Origin: Macrostomum lignano
Taxonomy: Eukaryota
Assembly: GCA_002269645.1 (NCBI GenBank)
Contig: NIVC01000284.1
Coordinates: 496,001-560,000, forward strand
Direction: 5' to 3'
Length of the DNA: 64,000 bases
Position numbers and translations under genes: made by a program. The first letter of the stretch is position 1; every line of letters starts with the position of its first letter. The notes beneath the pieces were generated by a model, which was given only the letters and a program-made list of their open reading frames with translations, made no database searches and was not told where the DNA came from. Below are positions 1-12,876 of this stretch, one piece after another.

Positions 1-225
1 AACATCTATAAAATTCTATTTCTCAACATCTATAAAATCCCATTCAACATCAATAAAATTCCATTTTAACATTAATAAAATCCCATTCAACATCTATAAA
101 GTTCCATATTCACCATCTATAAAATCTCAGTGGACATCTATAAAAATCTCAGTGGAAATCTATAAAAATCTCATGGAATGTCTATAAAATCTCAGAAGAC
201 ATTTATAGAAATCTCTGGTGACATC
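1..225. repeat. Degenerate ~20-bp minisatellite
   Basis: Recurring ACATCTATAAAA motif. Confidence 0.7.
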
Positions 226-293
226 TATAAAATATAATTTGACATTAATAAAATCCCATTACGACTTGACACACAGATGACATTATGACTCAC

Positions 294-3200
294 CAAGCCG
301 CATAGCCTATTAATGGTTCGCTCGCATCGCACTCCCAACAGTTTAGCCAGACCTCTCAGCTGCTCAACCGGAGCTCCGCTAGCCGCTGGTGCTGACAGGA
401 ACTCAGCCAGCACGTGTAGCAGTCTGGCCACAGTGACAGCCGGGCCTCCCTGACTCTGTAGCGACAGTTCAACTCGGCGTTCGGGCGGCATCAACAGCAG
501 AGGCCGGGCCAGCAGGCGTAGCAGGGCGTCAGCGATGTCGCCGACTTTGCCGCCAGCGCCGTGACCTCCGCTCACTGATTTGTCCGTGTCGGTGTCTCTG
601 CGTGGCAGTGGGACAAGTGTAGGAAATTAGGGGATAAGTAAAGCATAGCAAAGATCGGAGAGTGACAGAAGAGGGGAAAGATCGGAGGGTGACAGAAGAG
701 GGGAAATATCGGAGGGTGACAGAAGAGGGGAAATATCGGAGGGTAAGAGAGGCGGGGAAAGATCGGAGGGTAAGAAAAGCAGGGAAATATCGGAGGGTAG
801 AGAGAAGCGGGGAAAGATCGGAGGGTAGAGAGAAGCGGGAAAGATCGGAGGGTAGAGAGAAGCGGGGAAATATCGGAGGGTAGAGAGAATCGGGGAAATA
901 TCGGAGGGTAGAGAGAAGCGGGGAAATATCGGAGGGTAGAGAGAAGCGGGGAAATATCGGAGGGTAGAGAGAAGCGGGGAAATATCGGAGGGTAGAGAGA
1001 AGCGGGGAAATATCGGAGGGTAGAGAGAAGCGGGGAAATATCGGAGGGTAGAGAGAAGCGGGGAAATATCGGAGGGTAGAGAGAAGCGGGGAAATATCGG
1101 AGGGTAGAGAGAAGCGGGGAAATATCGGAGGGTAGAGAGAAGCGGGGAAAGACACAGATGGCACAGAAGGAATATAAAAGAAGCAGAACACCAGCAAGTC
1201 AGAGAAAATCCAGGCGTCACACAAAATCTATCAATGACATACCTGGCAGAGCAGCAGTCCAAGAAGAAGTTGGACAGCGACAGTAAGCAGTCGCAAGAGT
1301 CGGTCGGTCTCAGCTGAGCCAGTCTGCCTGAGGCGGGCCAGTACGCAAATAGCAGTTCCACAGCTGCCCCAGTTCGAGATGGGGCTATTCGAAGCTTGCG
1401 AAATACGCCCACGTCTCTGCGGGACTTGAGACAGCGTTGGCCCAATATGCTGAGCTGTCTGTGGGGTGGTTAGTTAGGGAAATTGTTAGTAATTCTATAC
1501 TGTGATTGAAAATCCCAAAGTATATCTAGAATTGACTCTTTTATCCCCAAAATATCCTATGGGATACTTGGCGTCTCTTAGATCCATAAAATATCATATG
1601 GGATACCTAGCGTCTCTTAGATCCCCAAAATATCCTATGGGATACCTAGCGTCTCTTAGATCCCCAAAATATCCTATGAAATACTAAGCGTCTCTTAGAT
1701 CCTCAAAATATCCTATGGGATACTTAGCGTCTCTTTTAGATCCCCAAAATATCCCATGGGATACTTAGCGTATCTTAGATCCCCAAAATATCCTATGGGA
1801 TACTTGGCGTCTCTTAGATCCATAAAATATCATATGGGATACCTAGCGTCTTTTAGATCCCCAAAATATCCTATGGGATACTTGGCGTCTTTTAGATCCC
1901 CAAAATATCCTATGGGATACTTAGCGTCTCTTAGATCCCCAAAATATCCTATGCGATATCTAGACTCTCTTCTATTCCCGTTTCCTCATTTTAACCACAA
2001 TAAAGAAAGCAAAAATAAAAATCCTAAAAAATCAGAACTCACTCAGCCCAATTAACCCTGGTACTCATCATAGCGGTATTCTCAGCAGCTTTAGACAGAG
2101 CTCTCAGCGACCGGCGTCGTTCATCTGCCCTACTAGCCAGGTGAGTATACGGCAGAGCCTCCAGCTCACGATTGGTTGGCAGACAAGCGTCCGCTCTGAG
2201 CAGCAGGACGGGAGAACTCGCCAAAAACCTGGACCAGCTATCTTCATCACTATTGGCAAAAACATTCGACGATGCCCGACAATGTCGGACTTGAAATACT
2301 CGATTCGTATCAACTGGGACTAGAGTGACATTCGATGCCAGAGGCGAATCGGAAAGCACAGTCCACACTGGTCTGATGAACATTGGTGTGACATCTGACT
2401 GAAGTTCCTCTGGTTCCGTTTTTATTTCGGTTTTAATTTTGTCCGAGTCGCACTGGTGCCCGGGTACTGATAGTGGCTCAATGCAGAAGCCTTCTAGAAG
2501 TGCGTCATCTAGCGGCTCCTTGCGGTTGGTATTGGCCTGGGGTTTGATGGATGAGTTCAGTATGAATTAACATGCATTTTTATGGCTGTATTTATATGTA
2601 TTTGAGCACCAGACTCACACTTGAGTTTGAACAGATCTACCTGAATCATTTAGAATCTATCTACGTGAATCTAGATATCTATCATAGACACTACCATATC
2701 TACCTGGACTCTACCAGATCTACCTGAACCCTACCACATATACCTAAACCCTACCAGATCTACCTAAACTCTACCAAATCTACCTGAGCCCTACCAGATC
2801 TACCTGAACTTTACCAAATCTACCTGAGACCTACCCGATCTACCTAAGATCTCGATCTACCTGAGACCTACCCGATCTACCGGAGCCCTACCAGATCTAC
2901 CTGAACCCTACCACATATACCTAAACCCTACCACATATCTAGCGTCTCTTAGAGCCTCTTAGATCATCTCTGGGATCTCTTAGACCTGAAACCCTACCAG
3001 ATCTACCTGAGACCTACCCGATCTACCGGAGCCCTACCAGATCTACCCGAACACTACCACAAATACCTAAATCCTACCATATCTACCTGAACCCTATCAG
3101 ATCTACCTGAACCCTACCAGATCTACCTGAACCCTACCAGATCTACCTGAACCCTACCAGATCTACCTGAACCCTACCAGATCTACCTGAACCCTACCAT

Positions 3201-4250
3201 ATCTACCTGAACCCTACCATATCTACCTGAACCCTACCAGATATACTGAACCCTTCGAGATCTACCTGAATCTTCCCAAATCTACTTAAACCCTTCCGGA
3301 TCTACCTGGACACTACCAAATCTACCTGAAGCCTACCAGATCTACCTGAACTCTTATTAATCTACAGGAACCCTTCCGGATCTACCTAAACGAATATACC
3401 TGAACCTTTTCGTTATCTACCCGAACCCTTCCAGATCTATCTCAACACCATTGAACATACACGAATACTTTATTGCATCTAACTGTATCATAAGCTGTAT
3501 CTATCTAAACGATACCAAATTCAAAAGCCTCACCTTGACTTGCAGACAGAACCGAAACGACGATCTACCCAGCATCTCAACCGCTTCATCTAAACAGTCG
3601 ACAGACACAAAAGACAAGCCGGCATCAATCAAAGCTCGAGTCAAAGCTTCTGACGCCGCAACCATAATAATTCTTGCATCATGCCACAGCTGAGCTCTTA
3701 ACAAGCCTTCGACAGTGTGCTCAAGTTTAGTTTGCTCATCTACGCTAACACCGGAACTGCTGATGACGTCATCGTCCAGAGCTACGCACAGCAGCGTCAG
3801 AGAGAACAGACAAGCTGGCAGGCAATCTAAACTATAGTGCAAAGACGACTTAGTTTGATCGGCATTGCAACCAGGAGCGGCCTTCAATAGTCTTGGCAGT
3901 TCACGTTCACGTTCGTTAATGATTGCGTCATCATAGTCTGGGTCTCCGTCAATGGTTGACCATGGCAACCAGGCTGGATACCTGAACGAATGGCTATTAG
4001 GAAATACCTGATAGAAAAGCCGTTTAGAGCGATGCTCAACTAACAGCCGGTCGAGTTGCAGACGGAACGGCTGGGCGGTTGAGGCTGCGGTGAGAGCGGA
4101 TGAGACTGATGAAGCATTCAATTTAATTGCTAGGCAGTCACCTGAAGCGGATAGACCGCTGGATCGGCCCAGTATGGTAATGCCAATGAAGTTGTCCTGG
4201 AAGTATTCGGGTTCAGAGTGTTTGATTTTGTTTCTAGAGTAGGTTTCTGA
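294..4250 (-). CDS. Uncharacterised multi-exon protein, 3' part runs off the window
   Basis: Phase-consistent exons: ~4250-3534 (AAG|gtgagg), 2536-2057 (cccag|GCC...AGG|gttaat), 1454-1243 (acag|CTC...AG|gtatgt), 597-294 (cgcag|A...TTG|gtgagt). Leu-rich, probably helical segments; IKTEIKTE in exon 2. No family recognised; 5' end undefined. Confidence 0.7.
652..1150. repeat. 28-bp minisatellite (GAGAAGCGGGGAAATATCGGAGGGTAGA)
   Basis: Direct periodicity; intron of the unknown gene. Confidence 0.95.
1530..1950. repeat. 39-bp minisatellite
   Basis: TCTTAGATCCCCAAAATATCCTATGGGATACTTAGCGTC units. Confidence 0.95.
2690..3440. repeat. 20-bp minisatellite (AGATCTACCTGAACCCTACC)
   Basis: Direct periodicity. 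Confidence 0.95.
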
Positions 4251-4720
4251 CTATTGATTAGGGTGTTTTGGAGTCAGAAGTGTCACTGATGTTATTTTTA
4301 GAATCTGAATTCAGTCACTGAGTAGGGTAATTTGGTGTCAGTTGATTTCTACACTACATGAGATATTATAAAATTATAAAAAATAAGTCAAAAGATTCAT
4401 ATAAGTTGTACGTGTGGTGCAAAAAAATATTTATTGACTTGCAAGAGAAAAGACAATAGTCAATAATCAACAGATCTGGGGTTTTAAAGCTAAGTACAAA
4501 AAGCACCTGTATAAAATATTGTCGATTAAGAAAAAAATACGCTCGTAATTATCAAAAAATCAACGCAAGATTCTTGTATTGTTCGACATTAAAAAGATAT
4601 TAATTGATAAAAAATCATTTTTCAATTAATATTTCCTATAAAAACATTAATCATAAAAAATTATGAGTTAATTTGTAAATTTATTCCTGCGAGACAGAGA
4701 GCAGTAGCATTCACACCCCT

Positions 4721-5023
4721 AAGAATAATAATTGATTACACCTGCCCTAATAACCAGATGTACAACCGACAGCTCAGCCGCAGCTATTGCGCGGCGCATC
4801 TGAAGGCTGCGTACGGCTGTTCAGTCCAAGGACTGGGGGGTCGCCACACACCCTCAATTACCCCAGCTAATGCTGGCACCCATTTTACCACTGGGTGAAC
4901 TGAAGCAATGCAGAGTTGAGTGTCTTGTGCTCAAGGACACAAATTGATCCAGTGGGATCGGGAATCGAACCCTCGACCTTCAAGCTGTGAGTCCGACGCT
5001 CTAACCAATAGGCTGCAACCCCC
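4721..5023 (-). mobile_element. tRNA-derived CORE-type SINE, full length
   Basis: Minus strand shows A box TGGTTAGAGCG, B box GGTTCGATTCC, a CORE-like segment (GTCCTTGAGC...TTCAGTTCACCCAG...TAAAATGGG) and an AT tail. Second copy at 55399. Confidence 0.85.
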
Positions 5024-5341
5024 TAATAGAGCATTTATAGCAAATCCATTTAGTCCACTTAAGTTATTAAAAGGTTAAGGTGCTAACAAAACGAGTCTTG
5101 GAAGACTTCTCTTTTACGATTCTATAAGTCACGTGATGCCTCTTCGTCGCATTACAGTCGTCTAAGTCGTGTTTAAAAGTCACAGAGCCGCCCCAGAGTG
5201 ACTCGTATAGTCACTAGCGAGTTGTTTGCAATGACTAACGTTAGTGATTATTTTTTGTTTAATTTTAATGAGATTCGAATCGAAAATAATATTGAAGATA
5301 TTAAACATTCGTTGGGGTAGTTCTGTTCATCAATTCGTTCA

Positions 5342-7332
5342 TTAAAGATGTCGATTCCACACAGCATGATCAATGTTAGCGTTAGCGACACCTTGGTGAA
5401 AATCTTTGCACCATCGCTGCACAGCCTGCCACTGCAGCTTCCTAATCCTGGCAACATCTGGCGGGTCTCTGGCATCGGCCGCTCGCAAATCCAAATGATG
5501 AGCAGCATTCTTCATCAGCTCAGCTGGGCAGCTGGGATTTGGCGAGGTTTTAACACCACCCGGAGCCCACGGGTCCAAATCGCCGTTGGCGTAGAAGATA
5601 TTAGAACAGGCAATTGGATCTACAGCTCCAGCAAACTGAGTCATCACCCAGTTAGGCCTGGGTCGAATACCGAACTGACTCAAGCAGCTGGCAGTGTAAG
5701 CTTCTAAATCAAAGTCCCCAGTTGGCTGCAACATATCCGTGATCCCGTTTGCGCAGGAATCTGGCATGACCATCTCGTTGCACGATTGGGCACCCCAGCC
5801 CCGATCGTCCAGGGTGGCAGATGACGGATCAACTGTCAGATTCAGACAGGCTACACCACCCGTGTAGTTGTAATAGTAGCGGTTTAAACCGGCAGACACA
5901 GCCGACAATAGGCTTATATCGTCATTATTGGATTTATCTGACACCGATGCAACGGATGAAATCGGTCGACAAATTGAGGCCACTGGCCAAGCTGGCAGTG
6001 GCAGCAGAAAGCTTGCCGGATACGGATAATTAACCATCGCAGCCGTCACGTAAGCTGATACAATCCAAGCTTTCAAACCATTAACGTCTGATTTACTAGT
6101 TAGAGGCGAACAGGTGGCAAATATTTTTGATAGCTTTAGAAGACCCGACTTACCGCTGGCTGCAGTGCGATCGATGGCCGACCAGGACTTGCGAATGTTG
6201 GCCTGTAGGGTGTGTTTGTGTGTTTAGCATGTTTGTGCCATGTATGTTTGTTGGACTATTCGAAAGGGATTTTGGATTTTCGGATTTTGGACAAATCCGA
6301 AATATCCTTTTCTTTACAAAATATCATTACAGTCAGAGCGAAGACACCCACCCCATTTCCTTATCACCAGAGCGAAGACACCCACCCCATTCCCCTTATC
6401 AGTCAGAGCGAAGACACCCACCCCATTCCCCTTATCAGTCAGAGCGAAGACACCCACCCCATTTCCCTTATCAGTCAGAGTGAAGACACCCACCCCCAAT
6501 GCCCTTACCAGTGAGACAAAAGACACAGCTTTAATTGTACTAATGAGTTAAGACGCACCCAATGCAATCTACTCCCAATTACAGTATAGCAACCAATACA
6601 ACTCACAGAACAATTAGGCGAAGCCCTAGTAAACGCATTAGACACAGCGGCAGAAAATGCGTAACAACTGGTGACGTTAATAAATTGCAAAACGGGAGCA
6701 GAGGAGGCCAGAGCGCCCTGTACTAGATGAGGATATTTCTGGCGCATCCAGGCAGATAGCATGCCTCCATAGGAGCCACCAATAGCAATCACTGGGGAGC
6801 GTTTAGCAACAAGTCGAGGCTCCAAGTATTTCAAATTCGTCAAAAAATAAGCAAAATCAGCCAATGCTTGCTCGGCAGTTAGATAGGCAAGTGTAGACGA
6901 ATTGTCCATCGAATGATCGCCAAATGGCATACTGTTGCCATAGTACCGATGCTCAACAAAAACAAGAGCGGCATTAATCACAGGAGCCATTTGCCACATG
7001 ATGAGGGTGTTATTAGCAAATGCTTCAATTCTACCTTCATTTCCAGTGTAGAATAGTATAGGCGATCCAGGTTGATAATAGGTGTCATTAATCAAGTAGC
7101 GAACTCGAAAACTTCCCAAATAGGGATTGAATGAGAAGTGATCAATCTGACTAGTGAAAGTCTTTGTAACAAAGACAACTGGCGGTGGAGGCGACAGATT
7201 GATGGCTGACTGTGGCTCAAATGGATGTGGCGCCTCAAAACGGAGTACAGACTGTTCAGTGATTGAGGTGCAATACAAAATAATATGGCACACAACTATT
7301 ACCAAATAGATATATTTGTTTTGTGTTTGCAT
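5342..7332 (-). CDS. PRCP: Lysosomal Pro-X carboxypeptidase (peptidase S28), ~528 aa
   Basis: Exon 7332-6607 (TCT|gtgagt) joins exon 6202-5342 (ctacag|GCC) in phase 0. Hydrophobic N-terminus, QIDHF, FYTGNEG, EHRYYG, nucleophile GGSYGG, ALASSAP, AMVNYPY, NGDLDPW and AHHLDLR. PRCP is favoured over the paralog DPP7 on overall motifs. An alternative upstream start at 7377 is possible. Confidence 0.88.
6325..6520. repeat. 36-bp minisatellite in the PRCP intron
   Basis: CAGTCAGAGCGAAGACACCCACCCCATTCCCCTTAT units. Confidence 0.9.
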
Positions 7333-8760
7333 GTTTAATTGTTTTATCAAATCAGAAAAGTGGGGTAAGAAATTCAAAGCATTAGTGCAGGTGCAACACA
7401 GGTTTCACAACTTTTACACAACTTTTTTACAAGCATACAAAGTATTGGTTTTTGCGAGCTATCTCAGCCAAGGAGCAAGCAAACTCATCCATCCCATAGA
7501 TTTCAATACGACGAAGGAGGTGGTTTGAACCATACACTGTAGACTATCACGTTTTTTCAACCAAACTCATCCAACGGGCGAGCAATCTCAGCCATAGCTT
7601 GTCTGCCCATTCATTTCCTCTTCCCTTCTTTCTTTTCTCCTCCTCCTCAATTTCCTGTGTTCTGATGTGCTGCTCTATCATAAAGTCTCTTATATACAAA
7701 CCAATTAAATTTTTTGCTTAATAAACAAGCTACGGACTGAGTCTGAGCAGGACGAGACCATTGGCACAGTCATTATAGAAATGGCGGGTTGGCGAAGCAA
7801 AGGGTGAAATAGTCCCGGCGATTAGCCCTCCTGCCGCTTCAATGATAAGAGACTGTCTGGCAAGAGTACCCGGGGTTTAGTTGGGGGGAGGCTCCTTCGG
7901 GTTGCCATGGCCGTAGGGGCGGTCATATGACCGGTTTTTTGGCTTATCTAACCCAGGAGAAGGCACGGGCTTCCCTGAATGGTTTACTCTATCCCCTCTG
8001 GCCCCGGGGAGGTTTATGTACGTTTGGCTTGAGTACCCGGGGTGGTGGATGGTCGGCCCCAGCATGGTAGCCATGGCCCTCGGCTTTCAGGCCAACCCTA
8101 ATAGGCATGGGGTCTATCTAACCTGGATTTTTGGGCTGTCACTGTCCCCTGGGGAGGTTTTTGATCTGTCATTTGCCCTTTGTATAGTCCTCTTAGCTCC
8201 AATTAGGATCTCAGTGTACATAAGTACACTCCCAACCTGGAATTCATATTTATCTAGTGGCGTAAGAGCTTGATCAATGGCTGAGGTGCTGAATTACTTA
8301 TTACTGTTATTGTTACTATTACTGGATCCCTAAATAGGTAAGTAAATATATTCTTTGAAGCAACAGTATATTTTTAAAGATTCACAATTTGCCTAATCAA
8401 TGTACTATACTATATTTTATGTTGTTGTATATTTGTTTTCATTTAAATATCGCTACTTACTAATAAAATTACATTTATTGTATATGGAATATTTTTTAAA
8501 CAATATTATTTTTATTGATCTGTGAAATGCAATTGTTTCTAATGATGTTCTTAGAATGAAATTATGTTCTTTGCTAATAGCTGCAGCTGTAGATTAAGCT
8601 TTTGTCTAGTCAATATTTATTTCCAATATTGACTGTGCATTTATTTGTTTCCAAGTGCATTCTACAATATAAATATACCAATTCTATGGGATATTCACCT
8701 AATGACCTAAAACAATCTTTTTTGTTTTTTGGCATTGACTCAACTTTACAGGTCAACTTT

Positions 8761-11700
8761 ACTCAGCTTGGGCACAACCTAGGGATTTTTCTGGCTGTTT
8801 CTATTGGCAACACCCACATAAGTTGCTATTGGATGGAATAGTAGTCATGTGACTGCTCTCAGCCAATAGCAACTTACATGTGTGTGTTGCCAATAGAAAT
8901 GGCCAAGTGATTCCCAAGGTTGTGCATATATATTTTTACTGGTTAATAAATGTGGTATGTGTTACTTTCCACTGCTGCAAGGTAATTCAAAGATGTAGCA
9001 GGGACTACTAGAACTAAGTGAATATGATATCAGTATAGTAAAATAATAACATTATTTACCAAGAAATAAGAAATTCCTAGAACTTTATTTAGACCTTACT
9101 AAAATAAAAATTAGAATAATAGTTAGATAATTACTTAGATATATAGTAAGAAAAATACTTAGAATAATTCTAAGATTCTAAGAAGCTTTAGTAATTATAA
9201 GAAGATCCTTTTCTAGGATCAAAATAGAATTATGACAATTTTGGTAGCAGCTTTTAGGATATTTAAGAGAGTGAGAACAGTCGCATTTACTACCAAACCA
9301 AATAAAAAACATAAAACACAAGTATATGACTCTATACTACTCTAAAAACTTGTTAGGACCTAAAATTTAAGTTAAAATTGGTGTAGTATTGCAATTCTAT
9401 TGTTTTAATATCTCAATATATAAAAATGAAACTCTATATGGGTAATTCCACGAGATGACGGTCGTTGGGTTGGAGCAAATAATAATCAGTAATCATACAA
9501 AAGACAAACTAAATTGAGACTTTGTGAGTTCTATATTTATAGGCGTGACCTCTAGATTGAGATGATATACATTTTAAAGTCATTTGTCTTACTGTGTTGA
9601 TTTAGCAGAGAGAAACTTTCAATGACGGTCGTTTTTGGTGAAATTTTATGTATCCAACTTTATAACTTAAGTTTAAGATTCCTGTGAATCAGGCAAGTTT
9701 TCGTCTCAATTGATCATTAATTGTAGTAAACAATAGCTAGATGAATGGTTACAAACAATTATTACATTTTAGTAGATAACTTGAACTGTGTTACACATTT
9801 TTTCTTAAATGACGGTCATTAACTGACGGTTGTTTGTTTCAAAAAAACAACCTTCAGTTTTAAAAAGTGTATTAGGATTCTCTATTTTTAGATAAGATCT
9901 CAGTTAAAAGATTGTTTATAATCCATAGTTGTTCATATAAAAACTATAACTTGCTTGTCTAACCATAAAATTTATTATACCTATTTCACATTTCAGATCA
10001 AACGTACTTATGCACCTTCAACAAAAACATCACTTCATGATTGCACAACTCAACATATGATCATAAAGATGGACAGTCCTAATCTATTCAAGAATTGAAA
10101 GAATAGAATATAACAATTAACAAAACCAAAGGCAAATACAGATTATTTGTTAGGCAATAAGCAGTAGCACCAATGGATAGTAAAAACTTGAGTCTAGTTA
10201 GACTACTTATGCTGAAGATTAGGGCATGTGTTAAGGTGCATTGCAAACTAAAGTGGAGAGTTCTAGGTGCATGGTTAGTAATTGGAACAACCTTTTTGAT
10301 AGTGCAGGTTGAAAATGATTTTAAGGTATCAAACAAGTAATTGACAGTATACATTTTTAATAAAAGACTTGAATTCCACTATATTTTTCTTTACAATCAA
10401 AACTGTAAAAACTTTGAAAGAGAGATTGAATAAGTAATTCACATTTAAAAAAAGACATGATTTTAGAATATCAGTAAATTCAGTTTTTTGTATAAAATTT
10501 AGGAATAAATGATAGTAATTCAGGTTTTATGAAGATCAACAGATTTCAGAATACCAGAAAATGATGGTCCTTAGGTAACTTTGCAGGGTTTTTTTAGCAT
10601 GTTAAACTTATCATAAACTAACAAAAATGACTATAAACTTAAATATAGGCTCAGAAAATATTTTAGCAAAAAATTATCAACTTATAAACCTCTTGAAAAT
10701 TAGTACAACAACTTTTTGTAAAAAAAATGATGGTCGTTTTTAACACTTAAAAAAAGGGAAGTCAAACTTTTTAAAATAAAAAATTATGATAGATAGAACT
10801 ATATTAGATCATAAAACTTTATAATTTCAGTCTTTAGATATAAGAAAGAAAGATTTTTATTATTTATGCACTTGATGCATTATGTTTATTAACTTTTTTT
10901 CTTATTGAAAACTAGATTAAACTTTTTATAAAGTCCCGCGGGACATTTAAAATCTTGCAAGGGTACCATGATCAAAACAATATATATATACCTAGAGGTA
11001 GATAAATGTGTATGAAACTACATAAAAATGAAACTATACATAATTATATACAAAATGAAATATTCACATTTGCAAATAATTTTTATAAAAATTTCTATAC
11101 CTTTGATGACCCTATCATGGAATAACCCATATGTCTATGAGTATATTTGCTATGGACTCCTAAATGGTAAGTTGTAGAAAGATAGGACTTGGGATTACAG
11201 GAATTTTCTAGGGAGTGCTTTAGGCTAATAAAAATGGGGTCCTAACTAAAGAAATGGCTGAAAATGGCCAAAAACCTGTTTTTCTTATCTCAGTAATGTA
11301 TTTTTGCTTGCAGGAACTAAAAGCTATGTCTATGGCTGATTTCCTTCTAGTTGAGGCTAAGAAAACTAGCTACATATACATAGAGTGCTAACATTAAATA
11401 GCATTCACCACTGCTTTATTAATGCATACTTGAAATTTGAAGTTAGGCCCTAGCTTTTTTCCTTAAGACTACACTTATATGGGCCTAGACAACAACTGAT
11501 ATGGAATAAAGTTCTTGATGGCTTAGCTTTCATGCCTCCCAAAAAGGGCACTCTTATAAAGATATCAGCAGCTGCTAGAAGGCTTAGTTGCTTAGACAGG
11601 CAAGAGATAAGGAATCAGAAGAAGCAAGAGAGCAGCGACAAGCTGCTAACAGAGAGAGAGAGATATTGAAGCAACAACTCAGTTAACAATGTTGAGGAAA

Positions 11701-12047
11701 AAAACAGGATACTAAAGAAACAACTTATAGAAAAACAGACTGCCCTTAAAAAACTGCAAGAGGAATTTGACAATAGCCTTCTAAATTCAATAGACCTGAG
11801 CAGCATGAATAGCAACAAAGACTTAAGCAGTGGCAGTGGCAAAGGGGAGACAAGTTAGCACATATATGCGCAACATGGGAATCACTCAGCCATTTCTATT
11901 AGCAATATACACATATAAGTGGCTATTGGCTAAGAGCAATCACGTGACTACTATTCTATCTAATAGCAATTATGTGTAAGCCTATATTGCCAATAGAAAT
12001 GGCTGGGTGAATCCCTAGATTGCGCCCAAGTATGAGTCAGCACATAA
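8761..12047. mobile_element. ~3.3-kb putative TIR element with ~170-190-bp, internally palindromic inverted ends
   Basis: 8761-8930 is the diverged reverse complement of 11860-12047, including the non-palindromic flanks. A decayed coiled-coil-like ORF lies at ~11463-11859. No TSD found. Confidence 0.55.
9440..11128. mobile_element. Nested non-autonomous TIR element (GGG termini, AT or ATAT target)
   Basis: TIR GGGT(A/T)ATTCCA(C/T)GA (12/14 match), flanked by ATAT on both sides; recurring ATGACGGTC motif inside. Superfamily (Sola or ISL2EU-like) not resolved. Confidence 0.55.
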
Positions 12048-12269
12048 TAGAAGCAGATGCATCAGAGAGGCCAAGTTAGGATTTGGAAAGTAATTAACAT
12101 GACTGCATAATATCTAGGCCTACCAATATATATACTGCTATTTGTATTTGTTATGTTATTCAATTAAATAATTATTATTGAACATAGAAACAAACTAATT
12201 GCCCAGTCAAGCTCTGTCAATAATAGAGTTTGTTCTGTTTGATTTGATAGAGCCTAGACTCAAAAAATT

Positions 12270-12876
12270 GGGTACCAGTCATTTCGGTGACAAGACATTT
12301 CAGTGACAGACATTTTGGTGATAAATAGTTGTTTCGGTGATTTGCTATTGTGATAGACACTTCATTTTCAATGAAAATCAAAGATTTCATGAGTATTGTC
12401 ATTTTAGTGATAAGAGGTGTTTCATAATATTCTGTTGTAGTTATTTTGTTAAGAGTTATATTTTGTAATATATTTAAAAATTTTCGTTGAAAGAATATAT
12501 TTGAGAAAAGAAATCAAACTAATTATATTGTTTTCTTCCTGTGCAGATCATTTTGAATTGTCCCAGAGCATTCAGACACATAAACCATAAACCTATAGAG
12601 AATCTTCATGAAATGCAGACCACAAGAAAGGTAGACATTCACTTGTCAACGCTGTTGCATGTGTAAATTGGAACAAAATTAAATACAGAAATACTTAACT
12701 GTTTAAAAAGTTATAAAATTTTAGGCTCAATATCCCTTAAGATTTTCTAAGTAATTTTTTGTTTAAAACAAAATGGCTATAACTAAAATTGTATTTTTCT
12801 TGTCACCAAAATGACTTTTGCTTGTCATCGAAAGGACTGTCACCAAAATGTCTTGTCACCAAAATGACTGTAATCC
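12270..12876. mobile_element. MITE, possibly Mutator-like
   Basis: Inverted ends CAGTCATTT(C/T)GGTGACAAGACATTT with repeated TTTTGGTGA subterminal motifs; degenerate 9-bp flanks CAAAAAATT / AAAAAAATG. Confidence 0.65.

Noticed and set aside
4950-5023. tRNA gene
   Set aside because: A and B boxes are present, but the sequence continues into a SINE body shared with 55399-55670 and does not close an acceptor stem.
7440-7610. Possible LINE reverse-transcriptase fragment (HLLRRIEIYG-like) upstream of PRCP
   Set aside because: Too short and frame-broken to support.
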